Positions 9,259-18,744 of a stretch of 64,000 nt of DNA are shown one piece after another. The DNA lies in the IMG/VR virus record IMGVR_UViG_3300042013_000065; one strand, 5' to 3'. Position 1 is the first letter of the stretch, and each line of letters starts with the position of its first letter. The DNA comes from a virus. The notes under the pieces are model-generated. The model saw nothing but the letters and a program-made list of their open reading frames with translations. It had not been told where the DNA came from and searched no databases. A program made the translations under genes and the position numbers.

Positions 9259-9500
9259 GCAGTGATTTCCTGTAGGCGAATCGCGAACCTGTCAAACTTC
9301 AAATAGTCGGCGAGCGCTTTCGCAGTATCCAATTGAGAACACGTCAGGCGGTTCGGTGAATCAATCCGCCACAGCGTGAATATCTTTCCAGACTGGTGAA
9401 GCAATTCGTAACCGTACGTTTTCCCATCAAGTGCAACAACGCTAAGTGAAAGCAGTTCGCCGCGCATTTTAAGCGCTTGTTTTTTATTTAGTGAGAGCAT
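9255..9500 (-). CDS. Hypothetical protein
   Basis: ATGA overlap with the downstream gene. Confidence 0.6.
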   Translation of the reverse strand: MLSLNKKQALKMRGELLSLSVVALDGKTYGYELLHQSGKIFTLWRIDSPNRLTCSQLDTAKALADYLKFDRFAIRLQEITA

Positions 9501-9549
9501 TCATTTCTCGATCTTACGACCGGCCTGTGTAGTGGATGATACCTAGAAA

Positions 9550-9795
9550 TTACTGTGAATCTTTTTGCAGGATTGCCAAGGCCCAATCCGACCGCGACGG
9601 CATTTCGACTTCGACAAACACACAGTCTTTGTATTTGATCGCGAATTTAGGAACGACATCACCTTCGACCAGAATGTATTGATAGCGACCACCGCACGTA
9701 TGCCGAGCGCGACACATTGAAGTCTGCCCTTCGTCAATATCGTGCTTCAGGTAGGCTTTGCCGTCTTCCAATTCATCCCAATTCAGAACGTTCAT
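9550..9795 (-). CDS. Small hypothetical protein, paralog array member
   Basis: WDELEDGKAY...FVEVEMP pattern shared with neighbours. Confidence 0.6.
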   Translation of the reverse strand: MNVLNWDELEDGKAYLKHDIDEGQTSMCRARHTCGGRYQYILVEGDVVPKFAIKYKDCVFVEVEMPSRSDWALAILQKDSQ

Positions 9796-10067
9796 TGCTC
9801 GCCCAATTCGTAATGTTCGTCACAGATGGTCACAGCACCACCGGGGCCAGAACCTGTACCGGGCCGACCGACGTTGTGTTCTGTGATTGGCACGAAGCGC
9901 AACAGAGGCAATTCCACATCGCTGACAGCCACGGTGTTACGGTTGTCGATGAAATGCAAATAATTGCCGAAGTAGCGAACGCGCAAAGCTTGTGCATCTG
10001 GCAAATTCGTTTGCGTCATCCAGTAAAGGCCGTGTTCGATTTCTTCGAACGTTAATGCGCCGCTCAT
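9792..10067 (-). CDS. Small hypothetical protein, paralog array member
   Basis: FEEIEHGLYW...LRFVPITE. Confidence 0.65.
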   Translation of the reverse strand: MSGALTFEEIEHGLYWMTQTNLPDAQALRVRYFGNYLHFIDNRNTVAVSDVELPLLRFVPITEHNVGRPGTGSGPGGAVTICDEHYELGEQ

Positions 10068-10294
10068 AAATCCAGTTCTCCAAACATTGGCTCGACCACC
10101 GGAACGAAACGCAGAATTTCCAGCTTCAGTGCTTTCGCTGGTTCACGCCATGCGCGGCCCATCGCAGCGAAGTAAACAGCGCCATCATTCACGGCCTGAT
10201 ACAGCTCGACCAGATTGGGTCTGTCTTCCGGGCGTTGGATATTGAAACACCAGTAAAAACCCATCGGACATTCTTCGAATTTAAACCCTTTCAA
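10064..10294 (-). CDS. Small hypothetical protein, paralog array member
   Basis: FEECPMGFYW...LRFVPVVEP. Confidence 0.65.
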   Translation of the reverse strand: MKGFKFEECPMGFYWCFNIQRPEDRPNLVELYQAVNDGAVYFAAMGRAWREPAKALKLEILRFVPVVEPMFGELDL

Positions 10295-10539
10295 AATTCC
10301 AACTCCGAGTATTTTGGTGGAACGATGGGAACGAAAACGACTGTATCAACAATGTCGTCAATGTGTGCAATGTCTGAATCGTCGAGGCCAGCATTTGCAC
10401 CGATTACGTAAGTGCAGCCGTCGTTCTCGACAATCGTAACGGATGATGGGTCTTCGTGCTGGTACTCAGGATCTGAATCAAACATCCAGTATTTACCCGG
10501 CCCAACATCTGCGTGACGAATCGCTTTAATCTTTTTCAC
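10291..10539 (-). CDS. Small hypothetical protein, paralog array member
   Basis: DVGPGKYW...VFVPIVPP. Confidence 0.65.
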   Translation of the reverse strand: MKKIKAIRHADVGPGKYWMFDSDPEYQHEDPSSVTIVENDGCTYVIGANAGLDDSDIAHIDDIVDTVVFVPIVPPKYSELEF

Positions 10540-10862
10540 AAACGACCCTCAATTAAATCCTTCACAGTTAGGCCGTGGCACTGCTTCGGAAAGCAATGAC
10601 AAAGTAACCGAATGTTTTGACCGGCGTTGTAAAGTGCCCGTAACTTTTCGATACGCCGGAAATACTTACCACGTTTCGCCATACGCTTGACTGCATAGAC
10701 TTTGTACATCTGGCAGACTTCTTTCCGTGTACCGTTAACGCCTTTCGGATTTGGATTACCGAAAATCGTTTTGCGATCAACACGAACGTCTAGCACACCG
10801 GGCAACGGATCATCACCGACACGGCCAATTATGACTGTGCCGGTAGAAAACATTCCTGCCAT
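10536..10862 (-). CDS. DUF4326 family protein
   Basis: VDR.T.FGNP...R..V...Y...L.CHC.PK.CHG signature. Confidence 0.85.
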   Translation of the reverse strand: MAGMFSTGTVIIGRVGDDPLPGVLDVRVDRKTIFGNPNPKGVNGTRKEVCQMYKVYAVKRMAKRGKYFRRIEKLRALYNAGQNIRLLCHCFPKQCHGLTVKDLIEGRL

Positions 10863-11458
10863 TACCCAAGCGATTTCAGCAGGGATTTCAGGGAGCGCAG
10901 TTTTTCCAGCTCTTCCGAATTCGAGGACAAATCATTTTCGATCTGTGCCGAGATATCAACCAGACGCGAAGCGAAAGCTTTGTGACTTTTTGCAACTTGT
11001 TCGGCGAAGTCACCGAAATCTACAGCCAGTTCAGTCAGCAGCTCGACAGCGCTAACCGTTTTGGCTTCAGATGCAACAACAGCCGGGGCTTTATTGGACA
11101 CGTCTTTATTTCCTTGCGGGGGATTTTTTGGAACAAACTTTTCTTCGCGAATGATCATACCGTTAGGCGTGTAGCCTGCGGGTGTTGCATCACGCAAATA
11201 CGGCTGTTCGACAGTCTTGTGTTTCACGGCTTCACGCTGGAAAAAATCAGGCTTTGGCTCGCGAATCAAACCAGCGTCTTTCATTTCACCCAAGCATGCA
11301 CGCACAACGCGAAAGGCTGTACTTGTGGCGCCACCTTTTGTCATTGCGCGGTGAATGTCTGTGCACGACCACGATTCCTGAATGGGAACAAACGGAAACG
11401 TTTTCTGCGCTAGCGTAGATACGCCATTGAGTAATTGCGTTTGTCTGGATTCTTTCAT
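10862..11458 (-). CDS. Winged-helix-like protein with C-terminal coiled coil
   Basis: VPIQESWS..DIH..CLGEMKDAGLIREP..FQR; resembles a Pseudomonas phage/prophage family (recalled). Confidence 0.55.
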   Translation of the reverse strand: MKESRQTQLLNGVSTLAQKTFPFVPIQESWSCTDIHRAMTKGGATSTAFRVVRACLGEMKDAGLIREPKPDFFQREAVKHKTVEQPYLRDATPAGYTPNGMIIREEKFVPKNPPQGNKDVSNKAPAVVASEAKTVSAVELLTELAVDFGDFAEQVAKSHKAFASRLVDISAQIENDLSSNSEELEKLRSLKSLLKSLG

Positions 11459-11778
11459 TACGCAGACGCCGTGAATTGCTCGGGATAAATCAGTGGCGAC
11501 GACAGCATGTGAAAATCAGTGCCTGTCGCGTCTTCACTATGGTTGAAAAGGTACAGCTTGTTTTCCTCGGTCACGGAAATGACGGCGAGCAATTCAAGCT
11601 GCGTGGTGGCCGGATAATTGCTAGCCCCACGTACAGAATGTTTGCGGTGAACGATCATGACAGGTTTGTCAGGAAACACTTCACTCAAATACGTTTGAAT
11701 CGGGAAACCAATATGTGGTCGCGCCGCTTCAATGCGGTCACAAAGGAACTGACCTTGTTCATGCTTATTCATCTGCAT
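11458..11778 (-). CDS. Hypothetical protein
   Basis: Coupled ORF. Confidence 0.6.
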   Translation of the reverse strand: MQMNKHEQGQFLCDRIEAARPHIGFPIQTYLSEVFPDKPVMIVHRKHSVRGASNYPATTQLELLAVISVTEENKLYLFNHSEDATGTDFHMLSSPLIYPEQFTASA

Positions 11779-11780
11779 TT

Positions 11781-12050
11781 TTAGTCTCGCTGAAGTTTGT
11801 TCGTGTACATGTAGAGCTTCATTCGTGCGATAACTTCAGCACGATAATCGCGATCAAGAATCGTCATGCCAAGCGCGGTTTCCACCAGCTCCAGAATCTG
11901 AAAATCCCACCACTTGTTCAAACGTGCCTGATCAACAAATTCGCCCCAGCTAATGCGAGCGCCGCTATCGACAATTTCCTGAATGGCTACGTCGAGTGGC
12001 ATACCGTGCGTGGCCTTCAGCTCAAACAGCTTCTTACCTGAAAAGATCAT
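11781..12050 (-). CDS. Small protein resembling an alanyl-tRNA synthetase helical-domain fragment
   Basis: SGKKLFELKATHGMPLD...DSGARISWGEF vs AlaRS G..AF.LYDTYGFPLD...E.G..VD..GF. Confidence 0.65.
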   Translation of the reverse strand: MIFSGKKLFELKATHGMPLDVAIQEIVDSGARISWGEFVDQARLNKWWDFQILELVETALGMTILDRDYRAEVIARMKLYMYTNKLQRD

Positions 12051-12062
12051 TTTGATTGCCTG

Positions 12063-12800
12063 TTAGGGTACGGTGTACTCAATAACCTTTACAGTTTCTT
12101 CACTGCACAAACTGTCGTAAAAAGCGTGTGCAGAATGCTCTTCCTGAATGGCTTTCTTCAGCGTGAGTGTACGCGCTGTGACAATGCAACCCGGTGTGAG
12201 GAATGCCCGCAAACCAAACGGTGCGTAACAGTCACGTACACCATTCGGGAACACATGAAAACCGGAAGGAAGTTCACGGCCACGCTCTTCAACGTTGGCG
12301 ACACGCAGGTCAAAGCCATTGTAAGAAGCGTTGCCAATTTCGTCGAACGTGTCGTCTTCGTTGAACTGCGCGAAAATGGTACGGAATTTTGGAATCAGAC
12401 CGAAGAGCGGAACGCCGCCAATTTCAACGCGAACAATAGGACTGATTGTGTCGAACTCTTCAACGAAACGTGCGCCGATGCAATCCAGTTTCTGCATCGT
12501 TGTAACAGCCTCACGCAGCAGCAAAACTTTTGTTTCGAACTTGACCTTGTGTTCGAACATGTTGCGTACAACGAAATCGTAAACGTCTTCGAAAGAATCT
12601 AAAAACTCCATGTTGTCTTGGTAGTTTCCATTACCTTCAAAACGGATGCGGGCCTTGCCGTAAATGGTCACGTTCCCGTTCGGTGTTTTCAGGAAGTGAC
12701 GGCCAACGTCGCAGAAGTAATTGTCTTCTTCTGCTTCACGGAAATAAAACTTGCCGCCCAGCAATGATTCCAATGCAGCCAACAGCTTTTCAAAATCCAT
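12063..12800 (-). CDS. Hypothetical protein
   Basis: 245-aa ORF, phage-like codon usage. Confidence 0.7.
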   Translation of the reverse strand: MDFEKLLAALESLLGGKFYFREAEEDNYFCDVGRHFLKTPNGNVTIYGKARIRFEGNGNYQDNMEFLDSFEDVYDFVVRNMFEHKVKFETKVLLLREAVTTMQKLDCIGARFVEEFDTISPIVRVEIGGVPLFGLIPKFRTIFAQFNEDDTFDEIGNASYNGFDLRVANVEERGRELPSGFHVFPNGVRDCYAPFGLRAFLTPGCIVTARTLTLKKAIQEEHSAHAFYDSLCSEETVKVIEYTVP

Positions 12801-13489
12801 TACAGCACCTCGAAATCAACAAACTTGCGGTAGCGGGGCGTCGTCAATTCACGGTACGTATCGTTGTTGGGCAACGGCTTGTTCGTGATAATCGTAGTGA
12901 TGAATTCATTGATGTTGTAGCGGATATTGCTACCCAACAAACCCTGAATATCGTCACACATTGCGAAGCCGTTTTCGTCTACTTCCATCGAGCCTGTTTC
13001 GCCCGTAGGCCATTTGCGGCGATGAATGTATTCAGGACGAATCGACCAGCCGTCACCAGAACCGTGCGCCTCATGGTGTGCATGCTCGCCGTACATGGTG
13101 AACGCATACAAAGCCACACCAGTGTCATGCAAAAAGAACGTCGCTTTCGGGTGACATTTTTCTACGCTTTCCAACACGCTGATTTGCAGCGCAGGATTGA
13201 TCGCGGCCAAATGTTCTGCAATTTCAGCACGCAAAGCAAGCACGTTTTTATCAAAGTCGATTCGTGCTTCGTCAGCCAGTTTAACCAGCTCTTCGTAGCA
13301 AATCGTCCAGTCTCCATTTTCCGTTTCCAGAAAGTCAGTGCGTTCCGGCGTCTGGATAAACAGGCTGTCTTCGTTGTTTGCCATTTCGATAATTACGTGA
13401 GGGCCGTCGATGCACATTTCATTATCACGCATGCCAACTGCAACGCCGATGTAGGCGCTTGCCTTAACCAGAAATTCTTCGCGATTCAT
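12800..13489 (-). CDS. Hypothetical protein
   Basis: 229-aa coupled ORF. Confidence 0.7.
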   Translation of the reverse strand: MNREEFLVKASAYIGVAVGMRDNEMCIDGPHVIIEMANNEDSLFIQTPERTDFLETENGDWTICYEELVKLADEARIDFDKNVLALRAEIAEHLAAINPALQISVLESVEKCHPKATFFLHDTGVALYAFTMYGEHAHHEAHGSGDGWSIRPEYIHRRKWPTGETGSMEVDENGFAMCDDIQGLLGSNIRYNINEFITTIITNKPLPNNDTYRELTTPRYRKFVDFEVL

Positions 13490-13977
13490 TTACCGTCTCT
13501 CGCTTTGTTGTAGGCCACGCGCATTGGCGTATGCAGGTCTAAATGTGGGCCGAGCATCGTGATACCTATTTCGCATTTCCAATCGTTCACGTAAAGCCGT
13601 GCAATGGCTTCTTTCGTTTCGAAGTCGGCAATGGTGATGGTCAGGCTTTGTCCTTCAGTCCCATGCACTGCAAAAGTTTTGAAACGTTTTGGGAAGTGCG
13701 GACGCATCAGAACATAGCGCTCTTTAATAGCCGTAGCCATCACGCGATAGTCACCGTGAGAATTGATAACACGGCGGCGCAGCTCTTTGAAATCAATTTC
13801 ATCGTCTGCATAAAAACGCAGCTTTTCCGAACCCGTGAACGCGATGTCAACCAAACCATTTCGACCAAATTCCGCACGTAGATACGGCGTACAAATGATC
13901 ACAAAGTTTTCGTTAGATCGGCGCAAGAACTTTGTTGGCAGGAGCTGGCAAAATTGAGTAATCAGGTCTTCGTTCAT
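13486..13977 (-). CDS. Hypothetical protein
   Basis: 163-aa coupled ORF. Confidence 0.65.
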   Translation of the reverse strand: MNEDLITQFCQLLPTKFLRRSNENFVIICTPYLRAEFGRNGLVDIAFTGSEKLRFYADDEIDFKELRRRVINSHGDYRVMATAIKERYVLMRPHFPKRFKTFAVHGTEGQSLTITIADFETKEAIARLYVNDWKCEIGITMLGPHLDLHTPMRVAYNKARDGK

Positions 13978-14290
13978 TTTCGTAGCCTATCTGGATTTCC
14001 AACAGGCGGGCACGCATCCGGTCAGCGATCAATTCGCTTTCCGCGTTATCCCAACCAGTTTCAATTTTGAATTTGTTGTTCGTGAAATAGTGTGCCATAA
14101 CAGCGACACGCCGGGAAATATTTATCACACGAACACTGGCCCACGTTACGTTAGCGATGTTTGGTTCGTTACCGATTCCGTTTGTTGTACTTTCCACATG
14201 AACACTGGTGGCGCCCGACGCTTTTACCGCTTCGTGCAAAGCAACCTGCGCACTGTTCAAATAAATATCGTGGGGCGTCATCCAGTTCAT
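13913..14290 (-). CDS. Hypothetical protein
   Basis: 125-aa ORF with AAGG RBS. Confidence 0.6.
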   Translation of the reverse strand: MNWMTPHDIYLNSAQVALHEAVKASGATSVHVESTTNGIGNEPNIANVTWASVRVINISRRVAVMAHYFTNNKFKIETGWDNAESELIADRMRARLLEIQIGYENERRPDYSILPAPANKVLAPI

Positions 14291-14298
14291 GTTTTACC

Positions 14299-14730
14299 TT
14301 ACGCGAGTTTGCGAATTTCAGTCAGGAAGTTGTGATGCTCACGGCTCAACTTGTCACGAGCTTCTGCAAGGGTGAACCACTTGCGTTTACGTACGGTTTT
14401 TTCATCCCAATGTTCTGCTTCTTCACGGAACTCCATAGCGTACATATCGACGATCTGGAAAGCAGAATCTTTGATGTAGGTGAACTGCCCAAGTTTCTTG
14501 GTCACTTTACCGTACACGCCCGCTTCTTCCATGCACTCTTTTGCCGCGTTTTCTTTCTTGGTGATACCCTTTTCAACACCACCTTTTGTGAAGCCCCACC
14601 ACGCGCCTTTCTTCAGCTTCTTGACCAACAACACTTGGCGCACGCCGTCAACATCACGGTAAGGAATGCAGCCAGATTGAAAACGCGTTTTGGTTGGAAT
14701 GTTACGAGCGATTGCGATTTGAACTTGCAT
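14299..14730 (-). CDS. Nudix hydrolase (Ap6A/DIPP-like)
   Basis: Nudix box KGGVEKGITKKENAAKECMEEAGV; SGCIPYR; W.E...RKRKWF. Confidence 0.9.
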   Translation of the reverse strand: MQVQIAIARNIPTKTRFQSGCIPYRDVDGVRQVLLVKKLKKGAWWGFTKGGVEKGITKKENAAKECMEEAGVYGKVTKKLGQFTYIKDSAFQIVDMYAMEFREEAEHWDEKTVRKRKWFTLAEARDKLSREHHNFLTEIRKLA

Positions 14731-14784
14731 TGTAAACCCTGTGCAAAAGTTGGGAAAACTCTGTGTCTCCCCTTCCCTTTTAAA

Positions 14785-15678
14785 TTACCCTACGCACATA
14801 GGTGCAAGCATGCTGATTTCTGCAAACTCACGTCCATTCGGTTCGAAGTCGTCGGGCAACCGGAAAGCGAAAACTGTTTCTGTAATGTCTTTGGACAAGT
14901 GATAGTCGTACAGACCATTCACAACGCCGAACAAGTCACGTGCAACAACTTGTTGAATCTTCAGCGTGTCGATCATCATTACTTTACAGTTTCTGAAACC
15001 GAGGATTGCCTTGTCAGCTTCGTCACCGGGGTAAACTTCGTACCATTCCGTTCGGGTTTGATGCTCGCCGGTAAGCGTGTGTGGAAAACTGACCGTTGCT
15101 TTGCGCAAACAGCCTTCGTGTCGATGTTCAAACCACGGCATAACTTCGTCGAGGAACCGTTGTGGTTCAGCCACGGGATCGTAAGGCAACCGGAACGAAC
15201 GACGACGGGTAACGCGGCCTTGCTTGGCAATCAAAAACAGTTCGTTGTTATCCAGCAAACGAACGCGGAAACTCAGCACGTCCACGTCGTTCCAGATTTC
15301 AGAATTACGCAGGCTCAATTCCATATCTTTCTGACGAACACTGACAACGACTTTCGTTTCAATACCCTTCTGCTCAATGCGCAGGTCATACGGTGCGTCT
15401 TTGTACTGGTCAACAATGAGGTTTGCCAGCTTGGTGTTAATGCCCACGTATTTTGCAGCGTGTTTGTTTGCCTTGCTAACCAGCAGCGCGAGTGCAGTAG
15501 GGTCGATGTCGATAGGGTGAACATCCGTACGGTGGTAGCCATCAACACGTACAACGACGCCAGCCAGTCTCATTTCGTCAAAGGAAAGTTCTACAAAATC
15601 TTTTTCGTAATACTGATCGTAGGTCTTCTTAGCACCGATGGCATCCATCAATTCTACGAACTTTTCGAATTCAGTCAT
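14785..15678 (-). CDS. Hypothetical protein
   Basis: Start taken as MTEFEKF at 15678. Confidence 0.7.
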   Translation of the reverse strand: MTEFEKFVELMDAIGAKKTYDQYYEKDFVELSFDEMRLAGVVVRVDGYHRTDVHPIDIDPTALALLVSKANKHAAKYVGINTKLANLIVDQYKDAPYDLRIEQKGIETKVVVSVRQKDMELSLRNSEIWNDVDVLSFRVRLLDNNELFLIAKQGRVTRRRSFRLPYDPVAEPQRFLDEVMPWFEHRHEGCLRKATVSFPHTLTGEHQTRTEWYEVYPGDEADKAILGFRNCKVMMIDTLKIQQVVARDLFGVVNGLYDYHLSKDITETVFAFRLPDDFEPNGREFAEISMLAPMCVG

Positions 15679-16468
15679 TGCAATCTTCCTCACGCACACG
15701 GAACACTTTCGGCTCACGTACTACAAGCGGCGTTAAAGTTACATCGTTTGCAAAGCTGATTACGAACATGTCCTGCTTTCGCGAACGACCTTCGAAATTC
15801 AGAATGAGTTGCATGTTTTCATCGTCGCAAACTTCACGAACTACACACGACTTTTTCTCGATACCGATGCACGGATTTTCCAGCATGACTGCGGCGAAAA
15901 CGTGTGGTTGTTCAGTGGTGATAATCTTGGTGCCTTCACTGATCAATTGCCCACGACGATATTTATGTGCGTGCTGGCAAGCCTTGACGATATCTTCTGG
16001 AACTTCCAGTTCTTCGTCGAGGTCAGGGCACCAAATATCCATAACCAATTTTTGGTCACGGCCTTCGTGATCAAAAGAAGCCTGTAGCGCGAAAAGATTG
16101 GTGCCATGCAACGTGAACGAAGCGCGTGCGCGTGACTCGACTTTAAGATCCAGTTCCAACCCGCGCTGACTCAGAATGCTTTGTACATTCAAGCAAAACG
16201 CTTTGAATTTATCCATGCAGTCGTTACGAATTTCGATGCAGGTTTCAACGTGCTTTTGCATGTACCGTAGATTTTCTACGCGTTTCCCGCGCTGTACGTT
16301 GTCGCGAATCATTACGGAAAAACGACGTGATGTATTGCGCAGACCAACAGCAGGTAAGGTCACACGGATATCGCCGAGCGCCAATGTGGTGCCGTTGACT
16401 TTCGAGAAACCTTTTTCAAGCAGATATGCTTCTGCCTGTGCGCACAATTCTTTAATTCCGTTATCCAT
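15671..16468 (-). CDS. Hypothetical protein
   Basis: 265-aa coupled ORF. Confidence 0.7.
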   Translation of the reverse strand: MDNGIKELCAQAEAYLLEKGFSKVNGTTLALGDIRVTLPAVGLRNTSRRFSVMIRDNVQRGKRVENLRYMQKHVETCIEIRNDCMDKFKAFCLNVQSILSQRGLELDLKVESRARASFTLHGTNLFALQASFDHEGRDQKLVMDIWCPDLDEELEVPEDIVKACQHAHKYRRGQLISEGTKIITTEQPHVFAAVMLENPCIGIEKKSCVVREVCDDENMQLILNFEGRSRKQDMFVISFANDVTLTPLVVREPKVFRVREEDCND

Positions 16469-17274
16469 TATTCGTTCCAGTTTTTAGGAGGGTGAATAGA
16501 CGCTTTGAAATCCACGCAGTAATCGGTAATGGTGCCGATTACATCAGGCCGGAAATGCTTTTTGCAATTGGTGATTGGCTTGCGTAGTGCCGTGACGATT
16601 TCAACCGTCTCTTTGCGAACCTTTTTGATGCCGACACGCAGCATATCAGGCAGCGCATTTACAATGTGCCGATAGTGGTACGTCGAAGAATAATCGACAC
16701 GATCAACAGGATTTTCTGGCGAAATGTCGCCCAGCGATTCCACACAGAAAACTTCTTTGATGTTGCGGTCAACGTCTTCACCATCAACGACAATGCTGCT
16801 GTCGCCGAAGAAAAATTCCATACCGAAATCATGACGTACTTGCATACGGAAAAGATCAATAGGCTCAGGGCCGCGTACGAATTCAGGTTCGACACGGAAA
16901 CGAGAGTAGCCGTCGATTTCGTAATACTGAACAGGAACGCCGCACGCGTTGAAATGCTTTGCAACTTTGTCGGCGTATTCCATCTGGAAACACTTACGTT
17001 TTGTTGCGTTGGAGCAAATCAGTTTGAATACAACTTCCGGCGATTTTACTCCCTTTTGACGGTAGTATTTTTCCATCAGGTCACGCGGTTCAAAATTCTC
17101 CCAATCAAGGGAAGCGTAAAGCTCTTCGTACGAATATTCGAAAACCGCGACACGCCCCTGAATTGTGGCAATCACTTCACCGAAATAAAACGAATAGTCG
17201 TCCCCGGTGCCTTCAGTCATACCCAAGGCGAGCAACGCGTCTTTCAACGCGGCATGTTCAAGCAACTGTCCCAT
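16468..17274 (-). CDS. Hypothetical protein
   Basis: Start taken as MGQLL with GGAG RBS. Confidence 0.7.
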   Translation of the reverse strand: MGQLLEHAALKDALLALGMTEGTGDDYSFYFGEVIATIQGRVAVFEYSYEELYASLDWENFEPRDLMEKYYRQKGVKSPEVVFKLICSNATKRKCFQMEYADKVAKHFNACGVPVQYYEIDGYSRFRVEPEFVRGPEPIDLFRMQVRHDFGMEFFFGDSSIVVDGEDVDRNIKEVFCVESLGDISPENPVDRVDYSSTYHYRHIVNALPDMLRVGIKKVRKETVEIVTALRKPITNCKKHFRPDVIGTITDYCVDFKASIHPPKNWNE

Positions 17275-18001
17275 TGAAACTCTCCGACAAAAAGGTGATG
17301 GCAAACGCGTGAACTTCAGGGAATTTTGTTTCGCGAAGAATTTGCATAACGCGTTGTGTATGGTGTGCGTCTTCGACTTGAATCTGCGCCACTTGGTGGC
17401 CGATACTGCCTACGCCATATTTCAGGCATTCCGCCAGTGCGTGGGTCATGTTGGAATACACGACGGTTTTGCCTTCAGCCTTCACACGGTTATGCGTGCG
17501 TACACCTTCTTTGCAGTGAATGTCGTAATTCGTTTCCGTGTGCATCACATCGAAAATTTCAGGCAGTTCAACACTGACCGGATTCTCTTCTGCGTAAACC
17601 ATGCACTCCGGTGTTCTGAACATAATTTCATCAGCGCGATTCATGCCCAGCGAGAACAAGAAGATTGGGTCAGTCAGCCACGTTTGCGTACCGTTGTAGA
17701 AAAACACGGCTTCGTTTTTGTGCACGCGGTAAAGCACAGGGAACGCATTCAGCAGGCAGACGGCCTTCACACCTTCTGCATAATCAATTGTTTTCTGGTG
17801 ACGAACTGCGCTGGCTTCCATGGCGAGGTCGATAGCCGTCTGGATGTCTGCGCTGTCGTCGAGGTGTTCTCTGCGTGGGGAGTACACGTCGTCGCTGTAA
17901 ACGGTCGCGAACATTTCGCACACTTGAACGCTAACGCGATCTTTCCACCAGCGTTGTGTTTCGGCGTCGAACATGAAACCATTTTCGGTTAGGAGTTGCA
18001 T
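17258..18001 (-). CDS. Hypothetical protein
   Basis: 247-aa ORF. Confidence 0.7.
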   Translation of the reverse strand: MQLLTENGFMFDAETQRWWKDRVSVQVCEMFATVYSDDVYSPRREHLDDSADIQTAIDLAMEASAVRHQKTIDYAEGVKAVCLLNAFPVLYRVHKNEAVFFYNGTQTWLTDPIFLFSLGMNRADEIMFRTPECMVYAEENPVSVELPEIFDVMHTETNYDIHCKEGVRTHNRVKAEGKTVVYSNMTHALAECLKYGVGSIGHQVAQIQVEDAHHTQRVMQILRETKFPEVHAFAITFLSESFNGTVA

Positions 18002-18741
18002 GCTTGCTCAACCTCTGTAGGGATTACACCGTCAACAAAACGGATGGAAAAATAATTCTTTTTGCACGGCAGTTCATTGCCCAGCAAAATATTCAAAATC
18101 GTGTCGCCACTGGTTGTCCAGTACGTGCCAATGTGCTGGTTAACGTTTTCCACACCGTGACGAATCATCGCCGGAATCAGATAGGCAATATCGCCGATGT
18201 AGTAAATGTTGTTGTACGGGCCTTTCACCATCCATGGCGCTTCCACGTCTTGCTGCGTGGTCTTGTTCAAACATTCGATAACTTCGTCGAGTGTTTCCAC
18301 GCCGTAAACAGCGATACCTAAGTGCAGTTCGTACGGGCCACCATCGAGCAAGTAATCTGCATCGAGGCTAAACAATTCGCGGTCGCCAAGCAGGAACTTT
18401 GCGTAATCGCCATCGGCACGGCGCACTTCTACCTGAATCTTTTTACTGCGCAAGAATGCTGCGACATCATTAACCAGATGTTGGAAGCGCTCAACCTGAA
18501 CCTTCGCGATTTTATGAACCTCTGTAATCTTGATAAGCGCGAGGTCTGTATCGCCGTGATGAAAAATACTTGGCATTTTACTGCCGTAGATTTCGTTCAC
18601 TTCGACCATACCCGTAGTCGGCCCAATGCAAACGCGCAGACCTTCAATCTTGCATTCCAGCCAATCCAAATCATTCATGGCCCATGTACCGCCGAGCGAT
18701 TCGCAAAGAGCCTTAACGCGATTACAGAGAACAGTGTTCAT
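17989..18741 (-). CDS. Hypothetical protein
   Basis: 250-aa ORF. Confidence 0.7.
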   Translation of the reverse strand: MNTVLCNRVKALCESLGGTWAMNDLDWLECKIEGLRVCIGPTTGMVEVNEIYGSKMPSIFHHGDTDLALIKITEVHKIAKVQVERFQHLVNDVAAFLRSKKIQVEVRRADGDYAKFLLGDRELFSLDADYLLDGGPYELHLGIAVYGVETLDEVIECLNKTTQQDVEAPWMVKGPYNNIYYIGDIAYLIPAMIRHGVENVNQHIGTYWTTSGDTILNILLGNELPCKKNYFSIRFVDGVIPTEVEQACNS

Positions 18742-18744
18742 AGC

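Noticed and set aside
14751-14781. gggaa...ttccc hairpin as a terminator
   Set aside because: Short stem, large loop; too weak to support
14161-15759. 532-aa + strand ORF
   Set aside because: Antisense to the Nudix gene and its neighbours; shadow from codon bias
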